Assembly: GCA_964016885.1 (NCBI GenBank)
Contig: CAXHJY010001057.1
Location: 1-27,562, forward strand
Direction of reading: 5' to 3'
Length of the DNA: 27,562 nucleotides
Origin: Eledone cirrhosa
Lineage: Eukaryota
Shown: positions 25,202 to 27,562 of the stretch, piece by piece
Position numbering within the stretch: the stretch's first letter is position 1
How the letters are laid out: each line of letters starts with the position of its first letter
Notes under the pieces: generated by a model
What the model was told of the DNA's origin: nothing
The model's input: only the letters and a program-made list of their open reading frames with translations
Databases searched by the model: none
Position numbers and translations under genes: made by a program

Positions 25202-25384
25202 ATATAGAAATGGCTTCCACGGGGCGAGACCTGTTTCATTCTCGAGAAATCATCAGGAAGCCCCGATGATTTCTCCTGAATGAAACAGTTCTAGTCGTGT
25301 CGAGCCATTTCTATATTAAATATTTATACTCTGCTATGTATTGATTACCTTACTTACTGTGGTTACCCCCGATTGAACCCGGGA
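25195..25384 (+). mobile_element. Family A element with an inverted HHR pair, both copies degenerate
   Basis: Hairpin 25195-25323. Minus copy 25212-25262 has CUGAUGA, GAAA and a 6-bp stem I but a GUG triplet. Plus copy has CCGATGA (25263-25269), a GUC triplet and no stem I. The tail to 25384 is the reverse complement of 6580-6660. Confidence 0.75.
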
Positions 25385-25443
25385 TAAATATATATATATA
25401 TGTGTGTGTGTAGTTAAATAATAAACTGATCAAACAGAGAGAG

Positions 25444-25525
<82 letters not shown>

Positions 25526-25670
25526 GTTCGGAATACAAAAACAGCGCAGGAATACAAGTTATATATATATATATACATATAGACACACACGGGTATTTAT
25601 ATATATATATATATTATATAAATGGAAAATATGAAACGAAATTTCATTTCTCACTCTTAGTACATACATA

Positions 25671-25730
<60 letters not shown>

Positions 25731-25769
25731 GATATTAACAAATGGAAACTATATTTATAAAACCATATT

Positions 25770-25834
25770 TATTCCATTATACATATTTCAAGGACACCAA
25801 GTTAAATGATGGTGTGCTTTCATCAGATAAAATA
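25770..25834 (-). ncRNA. Type I hammerhead ribozyme, family B, intact core
   Basis: RNA: UAUUUUAU-CUGAUGA-AAG C ACACCA UCAUUUAACU UGGUGU C CUU-GAAA-UAUGUA-UA-AUGGAAUA. Predicted cut between 25778 and 25777. Confidence 0.87.
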
Positions 25835-25890
25835 TAATATAGACCAGTTTTATAAATAAATATTGACATACCCTTAAATGCTCTATATTA

Positions 25891-25955
25891 TATTTTATCT
25901 GATGAAAGCACACCATAATTTAACTTGGTGTCCTTGAAATATGTATAATGAAATA
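25891..25955 (+). ncRNA. Type I hammerhead ribozyme, family B, intact core
   Basis: TATTTTAT-CTGATGA(25899-25905)-AAG C ACACCA TAATTTAACT TGGTGT C CTT-GAAA(25936-25939)-TATGTA-TA-ATGAAATA. Predicted cut after A25947. Confidence 0.88.
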
Positions 25956-26071
25956 AATATGGTTTTATAAATATAGTTTCCATTTATTAATATCGTATTT
26001 TTACTCCAATTATTTGTTGAGTGCTTTATATCAGTTATAAAAATATTTGCTTGTTGTATCCCAAGAACTTC

Positions 26072-27385
<1,314 letters not shown>

Positions 27386-27562
27386 ATGTAAATATATATA
27401 CATGCACATACTTGCTAAGTGTGTGTTGTATTACAACACATGCAGTAACTGCAATGCAGATAAAGTACAACATATTTTCCTATCACGCTCTTATCAACAC
27501 TAACATTTACGAGAGTTTAAATGAAAAACAGACTTTGTCACAATCTGTAGGATCAGATTCTG

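Larger units (their letters stand above)
25727..26070. mobile_element. Family B element: 117-bp inverted repeat (25727-25843 / 25882-25998, 3 mismatches) plus tail
   Basis: The tail 25999-26070 is the reverse-complement homologue of 2870-2945. The spacer 25844-25881 is the reverse-complement homologue of about 3115-3155. Confidence 0.78.

Overview
Eukaryotic, non-coding window that is mostly microsatellite and minisatellite. The repeat style and SINE families suggest an octopus/cephalopod genome (inference from recalled family sequences, not a search). I found no credible protein-coding gene: nearly all listed ORFs are translations of (TA)n, (CA)n or (GA)n tracts. The short non-repetitive islands hold the main signal. 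At least three sequence families of type I hammerhead ribozyme (HHR) motifs (stem I-CUGANGA-stem II-GAAA-stem III-UH-stem I) are present: five copies with intact cores, one with a weak stem II, three point-mutated copies and several truncated ones. They recur as divergent inverted pairs (minus copy left, plus copy right) embedded in (TA)n/(CT)n tracts, and one family shows compensatory base-pair changes. This fits pseudo-LTR remnants of Penelope-like retroelements (PLEs) or non-autonomous retrozymes. The window also has a forward-then-inverted tandem array of a tRNA-derived SINE (9620-10800), a solo copy of it, a tRNA-Arg/CORE-like SINE, a 2.7 kb GGT-rich minisatellite and several other hairpins. 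All folds were made by eye; no cleavage activity has been shown.
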